A stretch of 64,000 bases of DNA from Acidimicrobiaceae bacterium (lineage in GTDB: Bacteria > Actinomycetota > Acidimicrobiia > Acidimicrobiales > RAAP-2), in the NCBI GenBank assembly GCA_027306755.1, contig DAHUZE010000045.1, positions 317 through 64,316 on the forward strand. The letters are read 5' to 3'. The position numbers and the translations under genes are program-made. Numbering within the stretch: position 1 is the stretch's first letter; each line of letters opens with the position of its first letter. Under the pieces are notes generated by a model. It was given only the letters and a program-made list of their open reading frames with translations, was not told the origin of the DNA and did no database searches. Of the stretch, positions 1 through 10,421 are shown in pieces.

Positions 1-70
1 TGCCAGCGCGGGTTCTGCAATACTCCGCGCAGTCGCGCTGCCGTCCGCCGCGCGGGAAGGGGAAGCATCG

Positions 71-1186
71 ATGCGAAGGGTTCTCGTCGCACTGCTGGCC
101 TGCGCCGGACTGACGCTCGGATTCGCGGTGCCGGCCGGGGCATCCGGCACAAAGTGGGCGACCGCCTCGTCGGCCAATGCCGGCGGCGGCATGCACGCCC
201 TCATCAAGGCGGCCCAGAAGGAAGGGCAGCTCAACGTCATTGCGCTGCCCCCAGGATGGGCGAACTACGGGTCCATCCTGAAGGCGTTCTCGAAGAAGTA
301 CCACATCAAGATCACATCGCAGAACCCGACAGGCTCGAGCGCGCAGGAGATCGAGGCGCTCAAGACCTTGAAGGGGCAGTCACGGGCTCCCGATGTCATC
401 GACGTCTCGAACTCCTTTGCCGTCACAGGGGCCAAGACAGGGCTGCTCGCCCCCTACAAGGTGTCAACCTGGAAGACAATCCCGGCGAGCGCCAAGACAG
501 CCAAGGGCAACTGGTACGACGACTACGGCGGCTTCCTCGCCATCGGCTACACAGCCACCAAGGTCAAGCACCCGCCCACGTCGTTCAAGGATCTCTTGAA
601 GTCCACATACCACGGCCAGGTTGGGATCGACGGCACACCCACGCAGACGGGATCCGCGTTCGCGGCGGTGCTCGCAGCGTCCTTGGCCAACGGCGGGTCG
701 TTCACCAACATCGGCCCCGGCGTCCAGTACTTCCAGCGCTTGGCCTCTTCCGGCAACTTCGTGCCGGTTGAAGCCGGCCCGAGCACGGCGGAGAACGGGA
801 CGACGCCCATCGTCTTGTGGTGGGACTACCTGGAGGAGGGCACAATCTCGTCCAAGCTCCCGAGCTGGAAGGTGGTGATACCGACGGACGGTCACTACGC
901 CGCCTTCTACACCCAGGCCATCGCCAAGGCGGCGCCGCATCCGGCGGCCGCCCGCCTGTGGGAGGAGTTCCTGTACTCCAAGGTCGGGCAGAACCTGTGG
1001 CTGAAGGGCAAGGCCCAGCCCATCGAGCTCAACGCCATGGTCAAGAGCGGCGCAGCCACAAAGGCGGCGTTGAAAGCGCTGCCGCCGACCCCGAAGGGCA
1101 CGCTGAAGCTGGCCACTGCGGCCCAGCTGGCCAAGGACTCCACAGTCCTCACCCGCGAGTGGTCCACGAAGGTCACGAGCGGTTGA
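71..1186 (+). CDS. ABC transporter solute-binding protein (family-1 SBP, PotD/AfuA-like; substrate unknown)
   Basis: 371-aa ORF with signal peptide MRRVLVALLACAGLTLGFAVPAGASG. Followed in the same direction by two permeases and an ATPase. Confidence 0.8.
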   Translation: MRRVLVALLACAGLTLGFAVPAGASGTKWATASSANAGGGMHALIKAAQKEGQLNVIALPPGWANYGSILKAFSKKYHIKITSQNPTGSSAQEIEALKTLKGQSRAPDVIDVSNSFAVTGAKTGLLAPYKVSTWKTIPASAKTAKGNWYDDYGGFLAIGYTATKVKHPPTSFKDLLKSTYHGQVGIDGTPTQTGSAFAAVLAASLANGGSFTNIGPGVQYFQRLASSGNFVPVEAGPSTAENGTTPIVLWWDYLEEGTISSKLPSWKVVIPTDGHYAAFYTQAIAKAAPHPAAARLWEEFLYSKVGQNLWLKGKAQPIELNAMVKSGAATKAALKALPPTPKGTLKLATAAQLAKDSTVLTREWSTKVTSG

Positions 1187-2109
1187 CGTCCACGCTCGAC
1201 CGCCCCTTCCCCCCTCGGGGGACGGACGGTCGAGCGCCGGCACGCGGCTCCCCGCGGCCCGGGCGGTTCCGTCCGAGGCTGCGGGGAGCCCTGGGCCTCC
1301 TGCCGTTCACGGCCTACATCGCCGCCTTCCTCGGCGTGCCGATGGTGGCGGTGATCGTGGGCGCGTTCCAGTCGCCGCAGGGCGCTTGGACCCTCAAGAA
1401 CTTCACAGTGGCCGTCCACGCCCCCTACTCCAACGGGTTCGTGCAGAGCCTGGAGCTGGCTCTCGTGACCTCCGTGGTCCCGGGGATCCTGGGAGTGGTC
1501 CTGGCGTACGCCGTGCACACGTCCCGCGGGTCCTTCCTTCGCCGGGCGGTGGCGACCGCATCGGGCGTCTTCGCCAACTTCGGGGGCGTGCCGCTGGCCT
1601 TCCTCTTCATCTCCACGCTCGGGTCCACCGGGGCGGTCACCGTGTGGCTCCGGCAGCTCGGCATCGCCCTGACAGCCAACTGGCTCTACAGCTTCACGGG
1701 CGTGGCGGTCGTCTACATGTACTTCCAGATCCCGCTCATGGTGCTGATCGTCACCCCGGCCCTCAACGGGTTGCGCCCGGCATGGCGTGAGGCGTCGGCA
1801 AATCTGGGCGCCAAGGACTGGCAGTTCTGGCGCTACGTGGGAGGTCCGGTCCTCGCCCCGACGGTGCTCGGCAGCACCCTCCTGCTCTTCGGCTTCGGCC
1901 TCTCGGCCTACGCCACCGCCCGGGCCCTGACCAACGGCACCATCCCCCTCACCCCGATCCAGATCGGTGCCGTCATGAACGGCAACGTCATCGCCGGCCA
2001 GCAGAACGTCGGCCGGGCGCTCGGCGTCGGGCTGATGGTCGTCATCCTCCTCGCGCTCGCCGTGTACGCCGTGCTCCAGCGAAGGGCATCGCGGTGGCTG
2101 TCGCGGTAG
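1183..2109 (+). CDS. ABC transporter permease (1 of 2)
   Basis: Multi-TM body of tracked ORF 817..2109 (FTAYIAAFLGVPMVAVIV..., EAA-like loop LRPAWREASANLGAKDWQFWRYV). The first ~120 aa of the tracked ORF overlap the SBP gene and look off-frame. Start moved to in-frame TTG 1183, which overlaps the SBP stop (TTGA). ATG 1342 is an alternative start. Confidence 0.7.
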   Translation: MTSTLDRPFPPRGTDGRAPARGSPRPGRFRPRLRGALGLLPFTAYIAAFLGVPMVAVIVGAFQSPQGAWTLKNFTVAVHAPYSNGFVQSLELALVTSVVPGILGVVLAYAVHTSRGSFLRRAVATASGVFANFGGVPLAFLFISTLGSTGAVTVWLRQLGIALTANWLYSFTGVAVVYMYFQIPLMVLIVTPALNGLRPAWREASANLGAKDWQFWRYVGGPVLAPTVLGSTLLLFGFGLSAYATARALTNGTIPLTPIQIGAVMNGNVIAGQQNVGRALGVGLMVVILLALAVYAVLQRRASRWLSR

Positions 2110-2945
2110 CGGCGGGCGCCCTTGCCGAGGAGCTCGTCACCCCGCCCGGACGCCGCCGTGCCGGCGGACGTCGCCGCTTGCGGCTGTGGCGCGGGGTGGT
2201 GCTGGTGCTTGCCGCCATCTACTTCTTCGTCCCGATCTACGCTGCGCTTCGCTTCGCGCTCGAGGACAACCTGGGGCACTTCTCGCTGGCGGCGCTCAGC
2301 GCCATCCCGCACGCCACAGGCTTCATGTCGGCGTTCCTGCTGTCACTGCGCCTGGCCGCTGTCACCATGGCCATCACCCTGGTGCTCGTGGTCCCCACGA
2401 CCATCTTCGTGCACCTCCGCCATCCGCGCCTGCTGGTCGCCTTCGACGGCATCTCCCTCCTCCCGATCGGCATCCCGCCCATCGTGCTGATCGTGGGGGT
2501 CCTCCAGGTGGCTCCCTCCATCCTGAAGGGCACCCCGTACCTGCTCAGCCTGGAGTACGTCGTCCTGGCCATGCCCTTCGCCTACCGGTCACTGGACGCC
2601 GGGCTGCGGGCGATCGACCTCAAGACCCTGGTGGAGGCGTCGCGGTCGCTGGGCGGGAACCTGCGGTCCACGCTCTGGCGCGTCATCCTGCCCAACCTCC
2701 GCTCGGCCCTGCTGTCGGCGGTGATCCTGACGGCGGCCCTGGTCCTGGGCGAGTTCACCATGGCGTCACTCGACCTGTACTCCACCCTTCCAGTCTGGGT
2801 CGTCAACACGGAGCTGCTGACAGCCCACATCTCCGTGGCCGTGTCGATCCTGTCCCTCCTGCTGACGTGGGTGCTCCTGCTGGGGCTCTCGGCGTTCGAC
2901 CGGCGCCAGTACAAGAGGTTCGTCGCCGTCGCCGAGGAGACATGA
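2094..2945 (+). CDS. ABC transporter permease (2 of 2)
   Basis: 283-aa ORF with a GTG start 16 nt before the upstream stop. Several hydrophobic segments and an EAA-like loop LVEASRSLGGNLRSTLWRVILPN. Confidence 0.8.
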   Translation: MAVAVAAGALAEELVTPPGRRRAGGRRRLRLWRGVVLVLAAIYFFVPIYAALRFALEDNLGHFSLAALSAIPHATGFMSAFLLSLRLAAVTMAITLVLVVPTTIFVHLRHPRLLVAFDGISLLPIGIPPIVLIVGVLQVAPSILKGTPYLLSLEYVVLAMPFAYRSLDAGLRAIDLKTLVEASRSLGGNLRSTLWRVILPNLRSALLSAVILTAALVLGEFTMASLDLYSTLPVWVVNTELLTAHISVAVSILSLLLTWVLLLGLSAFDRRQYKRFVAVAEET

Positions 2946-4072
2946 TGGACGTGGTGGCCAAGCCCGACGTGACGAAGGACGGCCAGGGGGCCACCGCGGG
3001 GGACGGGCACTCCGGCGGGCGCGGCGGCGCCACTGTCCACCTTGCAGATCTGCACCGCCGGTTCGGTGAGACCCGGGCGCTCGACGGGCTCGACCTGGCG
3101 ATCGGTGCAGGCGAGCTGGTCTCGTTGCTCGGGCCCTCCGGATGCGGAAAGACCACGGCACTGCGGGTGCTCGCCGGGTTCGAGACCCCCGACAAGGGCC
3201 GGGTCGTGGTGGACGGGGCGGACATCACGGACCTTCCGGCTCAGCGCCGGGACATGGGCATGGTGTTCCAGAGCTACAGCCTCTTCCCGAACATGAACGC
3301 CATGGACAACGTGGCGTTCGGACTGCGGATGCGGCGGATGGGCGCGTCGGCGCGCCGTCGCCGGGCTGGCGAGCTGCTGGAGCTGGTCGGACTGTCCAAG
3401 CAGGCGAGGCAGTACGCCCACCAGCTGTCGGGTGGCCAGCAGCAGCGGGTTGCCCTGGCTCGGGCCCTGGCCATCGAGCCACGCGTCCTGCTGCTGGACG
3501 AACCGCTTTCGGCCCTGGACGCCAAGGTGCGGGTCCAGCTGCGTGAGCAGATCCGGGCCCTGCAGACCCGCCTGCAGACCACGACGGTGTTCGTCACCCA
3601 CGATCAGGAGGAGGCCCTGTCCATCTCCGACCGCGTGTGCGTCATGCGGGAGGGGCGGATCGAGCAGGTTGACGTCCCGGCCCAGCTCTACGCCAACCCC
3701 GCGACGGCCTTCGTCGCCGAATTCGTGGGGACCATGAACCGGGTGCCCGGCGTGGCCAGCGAGCGCGGCGTGGCCGTCTTCGGCCGGGAAGTGGCCGTCC
3801 GCGGGGGCACCAGCCGGTCCGCGGGGGCACGCGTGGACGTCCTGGTGCGTCCCGAGGAGCTGTCGGTGGCGCCAAGTGAAGAGGGTTCCAGCGTGGTGGT
3901 CGGCAAGACGTTCTTCGGCGCGGTGACGAGGGTCTCGGTGCTGCTGGAGGAGGGCGCCACGGTCCAGGTCGACCGCAGCAGCACGGATGCCGCCGCCCTG
4001 GACCCCGGCATGATCGTGACGGTGACGGTGACGGCCACCGAGGTGATGTTGGCCGACGCCCCGGCCGAGTAA
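2942..4072 (+). CDS. ABC transporter ATP-binding protein (PotA/FbpC-like with C-terminal TOBE-like extension)
   Basis: Walker A GPSGCGKTT, signature LSGGQQQRVALARAL, Walker B LLLDEPLSALD, H-loop VTHDQ. ATG 2942 overlaps the permease stop (ATGA). The upstream part of tracked ORF 2186..4072 is off-frame overlap. Confidence 0.9.
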   Translation: MMDVVAKPDVTKDGQGATAGDGHSGGRGGATVHLADLHRRFGETRALDGLDLAIGAGELVSLLGPSGCGKTTALRVLAGFETPDKGRVVVDGADITDLPAQRRDMGMVFQSYSLFPNMNAMDNVAFGLRMRRMGASARRRRAGELLELVGLSKQARQYAHQLSGGQQQRVALARALAIEPRVLLLDEPLSALDAKVRVQLREQIRALQTRLQTTTVFVTHDQEEALSISDRVCVMREGRIEQVDVPAQLYANPATAFVAEFVGTMNRVPGVASERGVAVFGREVAVRGGTSRSAGARVDVLVRPEELSVAPSEEGSSVVVGKTFFGAVTRVSVLLEEGATVQVDRSSTDAAALDPGMIVTVTVTATEVMLADAPAE

Positions 4073-4081
4073 GGAGAGCCC

Positions 4082-4330
4082 GTGTGCCGCAACATCACGA
4101 CCCTGCGGGGCCTGGAGCCGGAAGCCACGCCCGAGGAGATCGAAGCGGCGGCCCGGCAGTACGTCCGGAAGGTGAGTGGCGTGGCCAGCCGATCGTCGCG
4201 GACCGATCCCGCTCTCGAGCAGGCCGTCACGGCAGTGGCGGCCGCCACGGCCGGCCTGCTCTCCGCACTGCCGCCGCGCCGCCAGCCTCCGCCTACCCTG
4301 CCTCCGCTCCGGAGGCTGGCCGCTCGCTGA
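4082..4330 (+). CDS. DUF2277-family small protein
   Basis: 82-aa ORF beginning MCRNITTLRGLEPEATPEEIEAAARQYVRKVSG, which I recognise as the conserved N-terminus of DUF2277 proteins. GTG start. Confidence 0.6.
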   Translation: MCRNITTLRGLEPEATPEEIEAAARQYVRKVSGVASRSSRTDPALEQAVTAVAAATAGLLSALPPRRQPPPTLPPLRRLAAR

Positions 4331-4466
4331 CGCGAGGTACCGGCACCGCGGGGCGCCGATCAGTCGCACATCGAGGAGCTACCGTGAACAGGTGCGATCC
4401 CCGGAATCCCCCGACGCGGGCGCGCCGAATCCCGGGGCCCGCGCCGGAATCCGGGCTTCGACGCCG

Positions 4467-5768
4467 GTGCTGGTGGCGCTCCTCGGATGCGGGAACGTGG
4501 GCGCGGCCCTGGCCAGCCTGTTGGTGGAGCGCTCGCACGAGATCGAGACGCGGACCGGGCTCCGCTTCGAGCTGGCGGGGATCGCCGTGCTCGACCTCAC
4601 CCGCCCGCGCCCGGCGGCCTTGGACCCGGCGCTGTTCACGGGTGACGCCAAGGGACTGGTCGAGCGGCCGGACGTGGACGTCGTGGTCGAGCTGATCGGC
4701 GGGTTGGACCCGGCCCGGACCCTGGTCGAGTCGGCCCTCCGGGCCGGCAAGCCGGTGGTGACCGGTAACAAGGTGCTCGTGGCCCAGTCCGGCGCCGAGC
4801 TCGCAGAGGTGGCCACGGCCAACGGGGTCGACCTCCTCTACGAGGCGGCGGTCGCCGGCGCCGTCCCGGTGATCCGGCCCCTGCGCGAATCGCTGGCCGG
4901 CGAGCGCGTGCTGCGGGTGATGGGGATCGTCAACGGCACCACCAACTACATCCTCAGCCGCATGGCCGACGATGGCATGGACTACGCGGAGGCCCTGGCC
5001 GAGGCTCAGGCGCTGGGGTTGGCAGAACGGGACCCGAGCGCGGACGTCTCGGGAGACGACGCTGCCGCGAAGGCGGCCATCCTGGCAGCGCTGGCCTTCG
5101 GGAGCGACGTGCTCGGCACCACGGTGGAGCGGGAGGGCATCACCGCCATCCGAGCCGTGGACGTGGCCTACGCCACCCGCCTCGGGTACGTGATCAAGCT
5201 GCTGGCCGTTGCCGAGCTGGTGGACGGGGGCCCTGACGTGTCCGTGCGGGTCCACCCGGCGATGCTCCCGGCTACGCACCCTCTGGCTGCGGTGCGGGGA
5301 CCGTTCAACGCCATCTTCTTGGAGGGCGAGGCGGCGGGCGAGCTCATGCTCTATGGGCGGGGGGCCGGCGGCCCGCCGACGGCGAGCGCGGTGCTGGGCG
5401 ACCTGATCGACGCCGCGCGCAACCTGCGGTCCGGTGCCCACGCTCCGGCGCCGCACCGCGCCGCTACCGTCGTGCGTCCCAGCGCCGATCTCCGCTCGGC
5501 CTTCTACATCAGCCTGGACGTCGTGGACCGCTCGGGCGTGCTGGCCGCGGTGGCCACTGCCTTTGGGGCGCACGATGTGTCGATCCGGGTGATGGAGCAG
5601 GACGGTCTGGGCGGGGAGGCGCGGCTGGTCTTCCTCACCCACACGGCGCGCGAGGGTGATGTGCGGGCCACCCTGGACGAGCTCCGGGGCATCGACACCG
5701 TCGAGCGGGTGGGGACGGTGCTTCGCGTGGTCGAAGCGGACGACTCTACGGGAGAGCCTGCGACGTGA
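4467..5768 (+). CDS. hom: homoserine dehydrogenase
   Basis: NAD-binding LLGCGNVG near the N-terminus, a catalytic core ([40 protein letters not shown]) and a C-terminal ACT-like domain. In-frame GTG 4467 chosen; the tracked ORF extends upstream to 4176 through R/P-rich sequence. Confidence 0.9.
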   Translation: MLVALLGCGNVGAALASLLVERSHEIETRTGLRFELAGIAVLDLTRPRPAALDPALFTGDAKGLVERPDVDVVVELIGGLDPARTLVESALRAGKPVVTGNKVLVAQSGAELAEVATANGVDLLYEAAVAGAVPVIRPLRESLAGERVLRVMGIVNGTTNYILSRMADDGMDYAEALAEAQALGLAERDPSADVSGDDAAAKAAILAALAFGSDVLGTTVEREGITAIRAVDVAYATRLGYVIKLLAVAELVDGGPDVSVRVHPAMLPATHPLAAVRGPFNAIFLEGEAAGELMLYGRGAGGPPTASAVLGDLIDAARNLRSGAHAPAPHRAATVVRPSADLRSAFYISLDVVDRSGVLAAVATAFGAHDVSIRVMEQDGLGGEARLVFLTHTAREGDVRATLDELRGIDTVERVGTVLRVVEADDSTGEPAT

Positions 5769-6808
5769 CGAAGGTCCGCTGGCAGGGTGTGATCGAAGAG
5801 TACCGGGAGTTCCTCCCCATCGGCGACGGGCCGGTGGTGACGCTGCTCGAGGGAGGCACCCCGCTGGTGCCGGCGCCCCGGCTCTCCGCTCGGGTGGGCG
5901 CGTCGGTCTGGCTCAAGGTGGAGGGCGCCAACCCGACCGGCTCCTTCAAGGACCGGGGCATGACCATGGCCATCTCCAAAGCCGTGGCCGACGGCGCCAA
6001 GGCGGTCGTGTGCGCTTCGACCGGCAACACCTCCGCGTCGGCCGCGGCGTACGCGGCCCGGGCTGGACTCTCCTGTGCGGTGCTGATCCCCGAGGGGGCC
6101 ATCGCGCTCGGCAAGCTGGCCCAGGCATTGGTGCACGGAGCCCGCGTGCTGCAGGTGCGCGGCAACTTCGACCAGGCCCTGGAGATCGTGCGGGCCCTCC
6201 CGCGGCGGGCTCCGGTCACCGTGGTCAACTCCGTCAACCAGCACCGCATCGAGGGGCAGAAGACCGGTGCCTTCGAGATCGTGGACGCGCTCGGTCGCGC
6301 CCCCGATGTCCACTGCATCCCGGTCGGGAACGCCGGGAACATCACTGCCTACTGGCGCGGGTACCTCGAGTACAAGGCGGCGGGCCGCTGCGGCAGCCTG
6401 CCCCGCATGCTCGGCTTCCAGGCTGCAGGTGCTGCGCCCATCGTGCGTGGGCATCCTGTCGAGCGCCCGGAAACGATCGCCACGGCCATCCGGATCGGGA
6501 ACCCGGCGAGCTGGTACCCGGCCACTGCCGCGGCCAGCGAGTCCGGGGGAGCCATCGAGGCCGTCACGGACGAGGAGATCCTGGCCGCATACCGGCTGCT
6601 GGCCGAGGAGGAGTCGGTGTTCTGTGAAGCGGCATCGGCCGCGTCGGTGGCCGGGCTCCTGCGAACGCAGGTGCCTTCCGGCGCCACCGTCGTGTGCGTG
6701 CTCACCGGTCACGGGCTGAAGGATCCGGACCTCGCTATCAGCCAGATCTCCGTCCCGGCAGTGGTCGAGCCTGATCTGGACGCCGTGATGGGGGCGCTGG
6801 ACCTGTAG
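5765..6808 (+). CDS. thrC: threonine synthase
   Basis: PLP-lysine motif [20 protein letters not shown] overlap with the hom stop. Confidence 0.9.
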   Translation: MTKVRWQGVIEEYREFLPIGDGPVVTLLEGGTPLVPAPRLSARVGASVWLKVEGANPTGSFKDRGMTMAISKAVADGAKAVVCASTGNTSASAAAYAARAGLSCAVLIPEGAIALGKLAQALVHGARVLQVRGNFDQALEIVRALPRRAPVTVVNSVNQHRIEGQKTGAFEIVDALGRAPDVHCIPVGNAGNITAYWRGYLEYKAAGRCGSLPRMLGFQAAGAAPIVRGHPVERPETIATAIRIGNPASWYPATAAASESGGAIEAVTDEEILAAYRLLAEEESVFCEAASAASVAGLLRTQVPSGATVVCVLTGHGLKDPDLAISQISVPAVVEPDLDAVMGALDL

Positions 6809-6925
6809 CCGGGGACGCCGGCCCCCGGCCAACGCCGGGTGTCGCCGATGCCCGGGCGGGGAATGCGCGGAGGCGGTTCGGGGTTCTCTCCTGTAGCGGT
6901 GATCGGGAAGAGCTCAGGGGTGTGG

Positions 6926-6954
6926 TTGCCGCCACGAGGGACAACCGCTAGGAT
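6926..6954 (+). promoter_or_regulatory. candidate sigma-A type promoter for rho (TTGCCG-17 nt-TAGGAT)
   Basis: Hexamers read directly at 6926..6931 and 6949..6954. The -10 fits the actinobacterial TANNNT pattern. It would give rho a leader of ~170 nt. Confidence 0.35.
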
Positions 6955-7132
6955 ACTGCCATCCCACCGGGCAACGGCGCTACGGCCGTCCGGCCCGACA
7001 GGTCCTGAACGGATTCGCCACCGGTGGTACGCGGGAGCAGGCCTGCGACGCCCGTCCTTCGACCGCGTTCCGTTCTCGCGCAGTGCGTGGACCCTCCACG
7101 ACTGCAGCGACCCGTCATGAGATAGGAGACCG

Positions 7133-8986
7133 ATGACTGCGGAACAGCAGCTCGAGCGGTCAGTGCTCGAGGGCAAGGAGCGAGACGAGCTCCAGGCGAT
7201 CGCACAGGCGATGGCGCTCAAGTCGACGACCCGTACCAAGAAGGCGGACCTCATCGACCGCATTCTCGAGGCGACCGGCGTGACCGTCGACGGAGCCAAT
7301 GGCGCCGGCCCGTCCGCGCCGGCCGAAAAGCCGGCTCGGCGGTCCCGGGCTACCCAGTCCGCCGGCGTCACCGCGGCCACGAACGGCAACGGTGACCGCG
7401 CCGCCGTCGACGCGGCCGCGGACCATGTCCAGGCGCGCACCAGGGCCGACGGCACCGACGGCATCGGCACCGACGGCAACGGCACCGACGGCAACGGCAC
7501 CGGCGACCACGCCGAGACCCACGCCGACCACACCGACACCGGCGCCGGCAGTGATGGCAGCCGGGCCGTAGCGACGAACGGGTCCACGCCGTCAGCCGAC
7601 GCCGGTGCCCGCGCCGCCGCCGGCTCGGCCCAGGACACCTTCACCGAGACGACCACCGCCCGCAGCGGAGGACCGGGGCAGGGCGGTGCCCGGCAGCCGC
7701 AAGGGCCGCAGGGGCGCCACCAGGCGGCCGGGAGCAACGCCGAGCCCGGCAACCGGCGCGGCCGCCGCCGCCGGGGCCGTGACCGCCAGACCGGCGGCGA
7801 GCGGGACCTGCAGGGCGCGGGCGGCACGGATGCGCCGTACCAGGGCGAGCTGGTGGAGATCCGGGGCCTGCTGGACCTGCGCGACGAGGGGTACGGCTTC
7901 CTGCGCTGCGACGGGTACCTTCCGTCGCAGCGCGACGTGTACATCTCCATCAGCCAGGCGAGGCGGTTCGCGCTGCGCAAGGGCGACTACATCGAGGGGG
8001 CGTCCCGTCCCGCGTCGAGCAACGAGAAGTACCCGGCGCTGCTGCGGATCGACAAGGTGTCGGGGCTGGACCCCGAGGCTGCGCGCCTCCGGCCGAGGTT
8101 CGAGGACCTTACGCCCCTGTTCCCGGACTCGAAGCTGACGCTGGAGATGCCCGGGGCCAAGGAGAACGTGACGGCCCGGATCGTGGACCTGCTGGCACCG
8201 ATCGGCAAGGGCCAGCGCGGCCTGATCGTGTCTCCGCCCAAGGCGGGCAAGACCACGGTCATGAAGCAGATCGCCCATTCCATCGAGGCCAACAACCCCC
8301 AGGTCCACTTGATGGTGCTCCTGGTGGACGAGCGGCCCGAGGAAGTCACGGACATGCGGCGCTCGGTGCGGGGCGAAGTGGTGGCGTCCACGTTCGACCG
8401 TCCCTCCGACGAGCACACCGCCGTGGCCGAACTGGCCATCGAGCGGGCCAAGCGCCTTGTGGAGCAGGGGCGCGACGTCGTCATCATCCTGGACGGCATC
8501 ACCCGGCTCGCCCGTGCGTACAACCTGGCTCAGCCGGCCACCGGCCGCATCATGTCCGGTGGGGTTGACTCCGGTGCGCTGTACCCCCCCAAGAAGTTTT
8601 TTGGTGCCGCCCGCAACATCGAGGAGGGCGGGTCGCTCACCATCCTGGCCACCGCGCTGGTCGAGACCGGCTCCAAGATGGACGAGGTCATCTTCGAGGA
8701 GTTCAAGGGGACCGGCAACATGGAGCTCCGGCTCGACCGTCGCCTGGCCGAGCGCCGGCTCTACCCGTCGATCGACGTGAACGCCAGCTCCACCCGGCGA
8801 GAAGAGCTGCTCTTTGACCGGGGCCAGCTGCAGCAGGTGTGGAAGTTGCGCAGGGTCCTGAACGCCCTGGCGAACGAGGGCAACGCGGCCGCCGGCCTCG
8901 AGCTTCTCATGGACAAGCTGCGCACCACCAAGAGCAACGACGAGTTCCTGGCCGAGATCGCCAAGGGCCCGAACCCGGGCAACTGA
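7133..8986 (+). CDS. rho: transcription termination factor Rho with a large N-terminal insertion domain
   Basis: CSD-like RNA-binding segment [13 protein letters not shown], Walker [10 protein letters not shown], and conserved C-terminus [34 protein letters not shown] lies 5 nt upstream of the ATG. An insertion of ~190 aa rich in G/D/N/T/R spans aa ~49-235. Confidence 0.95.
   Translation: MTAEQQLERSVLEGKERDELQAIAQAMALKSTTRTKKADLIDRILEATGVTVDGANGAGPSAPAEKPARRSRATQSAGVTAATNGNGDRAAVDAAADHVQARTRADGTDGIGTDGNGTDGNGTGDHAETHADHTDTGAGSDGSRAVATNGSTPSADAGARAAAGSAQDTFTETTTARSGGPGQGGARQPQGPQGRHQAAGSNAEPGNRRGRRRRGRDRQTGGERDLQGAGGTDAPYQGELVEIRGLLDLRDEGYGFLRCDGYLPSQRDVYISISQARRFALRKGDYIEGASRPASSNEKYPALLRIDKVSGLDPEAARLRPRFEDLTPLFPDSKLTLEMPGAKENVTARIVDLLAPIGKGQRGLIVSPPKAGKTTVMKQIAHSIEANNPQVHLMVLLVDERPEEVTDMRRSVRGEVVASTFDRPSDEHTAVAELAIERAKRLVEQGRDVVIILDGITRLARAYNLAQPATGRIMSGGVDSGALYPPKKFFGAARNIEEGGSLTILATALVETGSKMDEVIFEEFKGTGNMELRLDRRLAERRLYPSIDVNASSTRREELLFDRGQLQQVWKLRRVLNALANEGNAAAGLELLMDKLRTTKSNDEFLAEIAKGPNPGN
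7451..7510 (+). repeat. 15-bp tandem repeat x4 (ggcaccgacggcaac-like) inside the rho insertion domain
   Basis: Read directly; encodes [20 protein letters not shown]. Confidence 0.9.
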
Positions 8987-9054
8987 ACGACCGGTCCGCC
9001 GGGACGGCCGCGCCGGACGCGGCCCATGCCGGCGTCGAGTAGAAAGCAACCGAT

Positions 9055-9288
9055 ATGAAGGCTGACATCCACCCCACCTACGTCGATGCCACGGTCCACT
9101 GCTCCTGTGGCAGCACGTTCACGACGCGGTCCACCAAGGCGGACCTGCACGTCGAGCTCTGCAACGAGTGCCACCCCTTCTTCACGGGCAAGCAGAAGCT
9201 GGTCGACTCCGGAGGCCGCGTAGAGCGGTTCCAGCGCCGCTACGGGCGCCGGCCCGCCAAGCGCACCTCCGGCAGCACCAAGGGCTGA
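9055..9288 (+). CDS. rpmE: 50S ribosomal protein L31 (Zn-binding type A)
   Basis: [22 protein letters not shown]...[13 protein letters not shown]; both CxxC pairs are present. Confidence 0.95.
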   Translation: MKADIHPTYVDATVHCSCGSTFTTRSTKADLHVELCNECHPFFTGKQKLVDSGGRVERFQRRYGRRPAKRTSGSTKG

Positions 9289-9323
9289 GGCTCCGGCGCC
9301 ACGACGGCGCCCCCCGAACGGCC

Positions 9324-10421
9324 GTGCCCCCCTCCTCCGCTCACAGCTCGCCCCTCGACGCCCGCCTCCAGGCGCTCGAGGTCGAATTCGGCGAGGTCGA
9401 GCGGGCTCTGGCGGACCCGGACGCCGCGTCGGACCCGGCGCGCCTGCGTGCACTGGCCCAGCGCCACAAGGAGCTGAGCGATGTGGTGGCCACGTGGCGC
9501 CAGCTCTGCGCGGCCCGCTCCGACCTGGAGACGGCCCGGCTGATGCTGGAGGAGGCGACGGGCGAGGACCGGGAGACGATGCACGCCGAGGTGGAGGCGG
9601 CCGTGGCGTCCATCGAGGCGCTCGGTGCCCAGCTGAGCATCCTCCTGCTGCCGCGCGATCCCAACGACGGCCGTAACGTCATCGTGGAGATACGGGGCGC
9701 CGAGGGGGGTGAGGAGGCCAATCTCTTCGCCCGCGACCTCTACGACATGTACACCCGTTACGCCGGGCGCCGCGGGTGGAGGACCGAGGTGCTCACCGAG
9801 AGCGGGTCCGAGCGCGACGGGCTGAACGAGGTGGTCGTCGTGGTCAAAGGCGCCGACGCGTGGACCCGCCTGGAGCACGAGGCCGGCCCGCACCGGGTGC
9901 AGCGGGTTCCGGTGACGGAGTCCAAGGGCCGGGTGCACACGTCGTCGGCGACGGTGACCGTCCTCCCTGAGGCGGACGAGGTGGACGTCACGATCGATCC
10001 GGGAGATCTCAAGGTCGACGTGTACCGCTCGACGGGACCGGGGGGCCAGTCAGTCAACACGACCGATTCCGCTGTCCGCATCACCCACTTGCCCACCGGC
10101 ATCGTGGTGGCCATGCAGGACGAGAAGAGCCAGATCCAGAACCGGGCCAAGGCCATGACCGTGCTCCGGGCCCGCTTGCTGAAGGCCGAGCAGGATCGCA
10201 GGGCGGAGGAGCTGGCTGTGCAGCGCCGCAGCCAGGTAGGGGGCGGCGGACGGTCGGAGAAGATCCGCACGTACAACTTCCGGGAGAACCGGGTCACCGA
10301 CCACCGGGTAAATCTCACCTTGTACAAGTTGGACCAGGTGCTGGGGGGCGACCTGGACGAGCTGACCGACGCCCTGATGGCCGACAAGCGGTCCCGCCAG
10401 CTCGCAGGGGAGGAGGGGTGA
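9324..10421 (+). CDS. prfA: peptide chain release factor 1
   Basis: GGQ motif STGPGGQSVNTTDSAVRITH and RF1-type PxT tripeptide in RVQRVPVTES. In-frame GTG 9324 chosen; the tracked ORF starts inside rpmE. Confidence 0.95.
   Translation: MPPSSAHSSPLDARLQALEVEFGEVERALADPDAASDPARLRALAQRHKELSDVVATWRQLCAARSDLETARLMLEEATGEDRETMHAEVEAAVASIEALGAQLSILLLPRDPNDGRNVIVEIRGAEGGEEANLFARDLYDMYTRYAGRRGWRTEVLTESGSERDGLNEVVVVVKGADAWTRLEHEAGPHRVQRVPVTESKGRVHTSSATVTVLPEADEVDVTIDPGDLKVDVYRSTGPGGQSVNTTDSAVRITHLPTGIVVAMQDEKSQIQNRAKAMTVLRARLLKAEQDRRAEELAVQRRSQVGGGGRSEKIRTYNFRENRVTDHRVNLTLYKLDQVLGGDLDELTDALMADKRSRQLAGEEG

Noticed and set aside
817-1182. N-terminal 122 codons of tracked ORF 817..2109
   Set aside because: They fully overlap the 3' part of the SBP gene in another frame and have an off-frame-like composition. 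The permease start was moved to 1183.
6839-7120. 93-aa ORF in the thrC-rho gap, or a thrB remnant
   Set aside because: The composition is Arg/Gly/Pro/Ser-rich with no homoserine-kinase GHMP motifs. The region is better explained as the rho promoter and leader.
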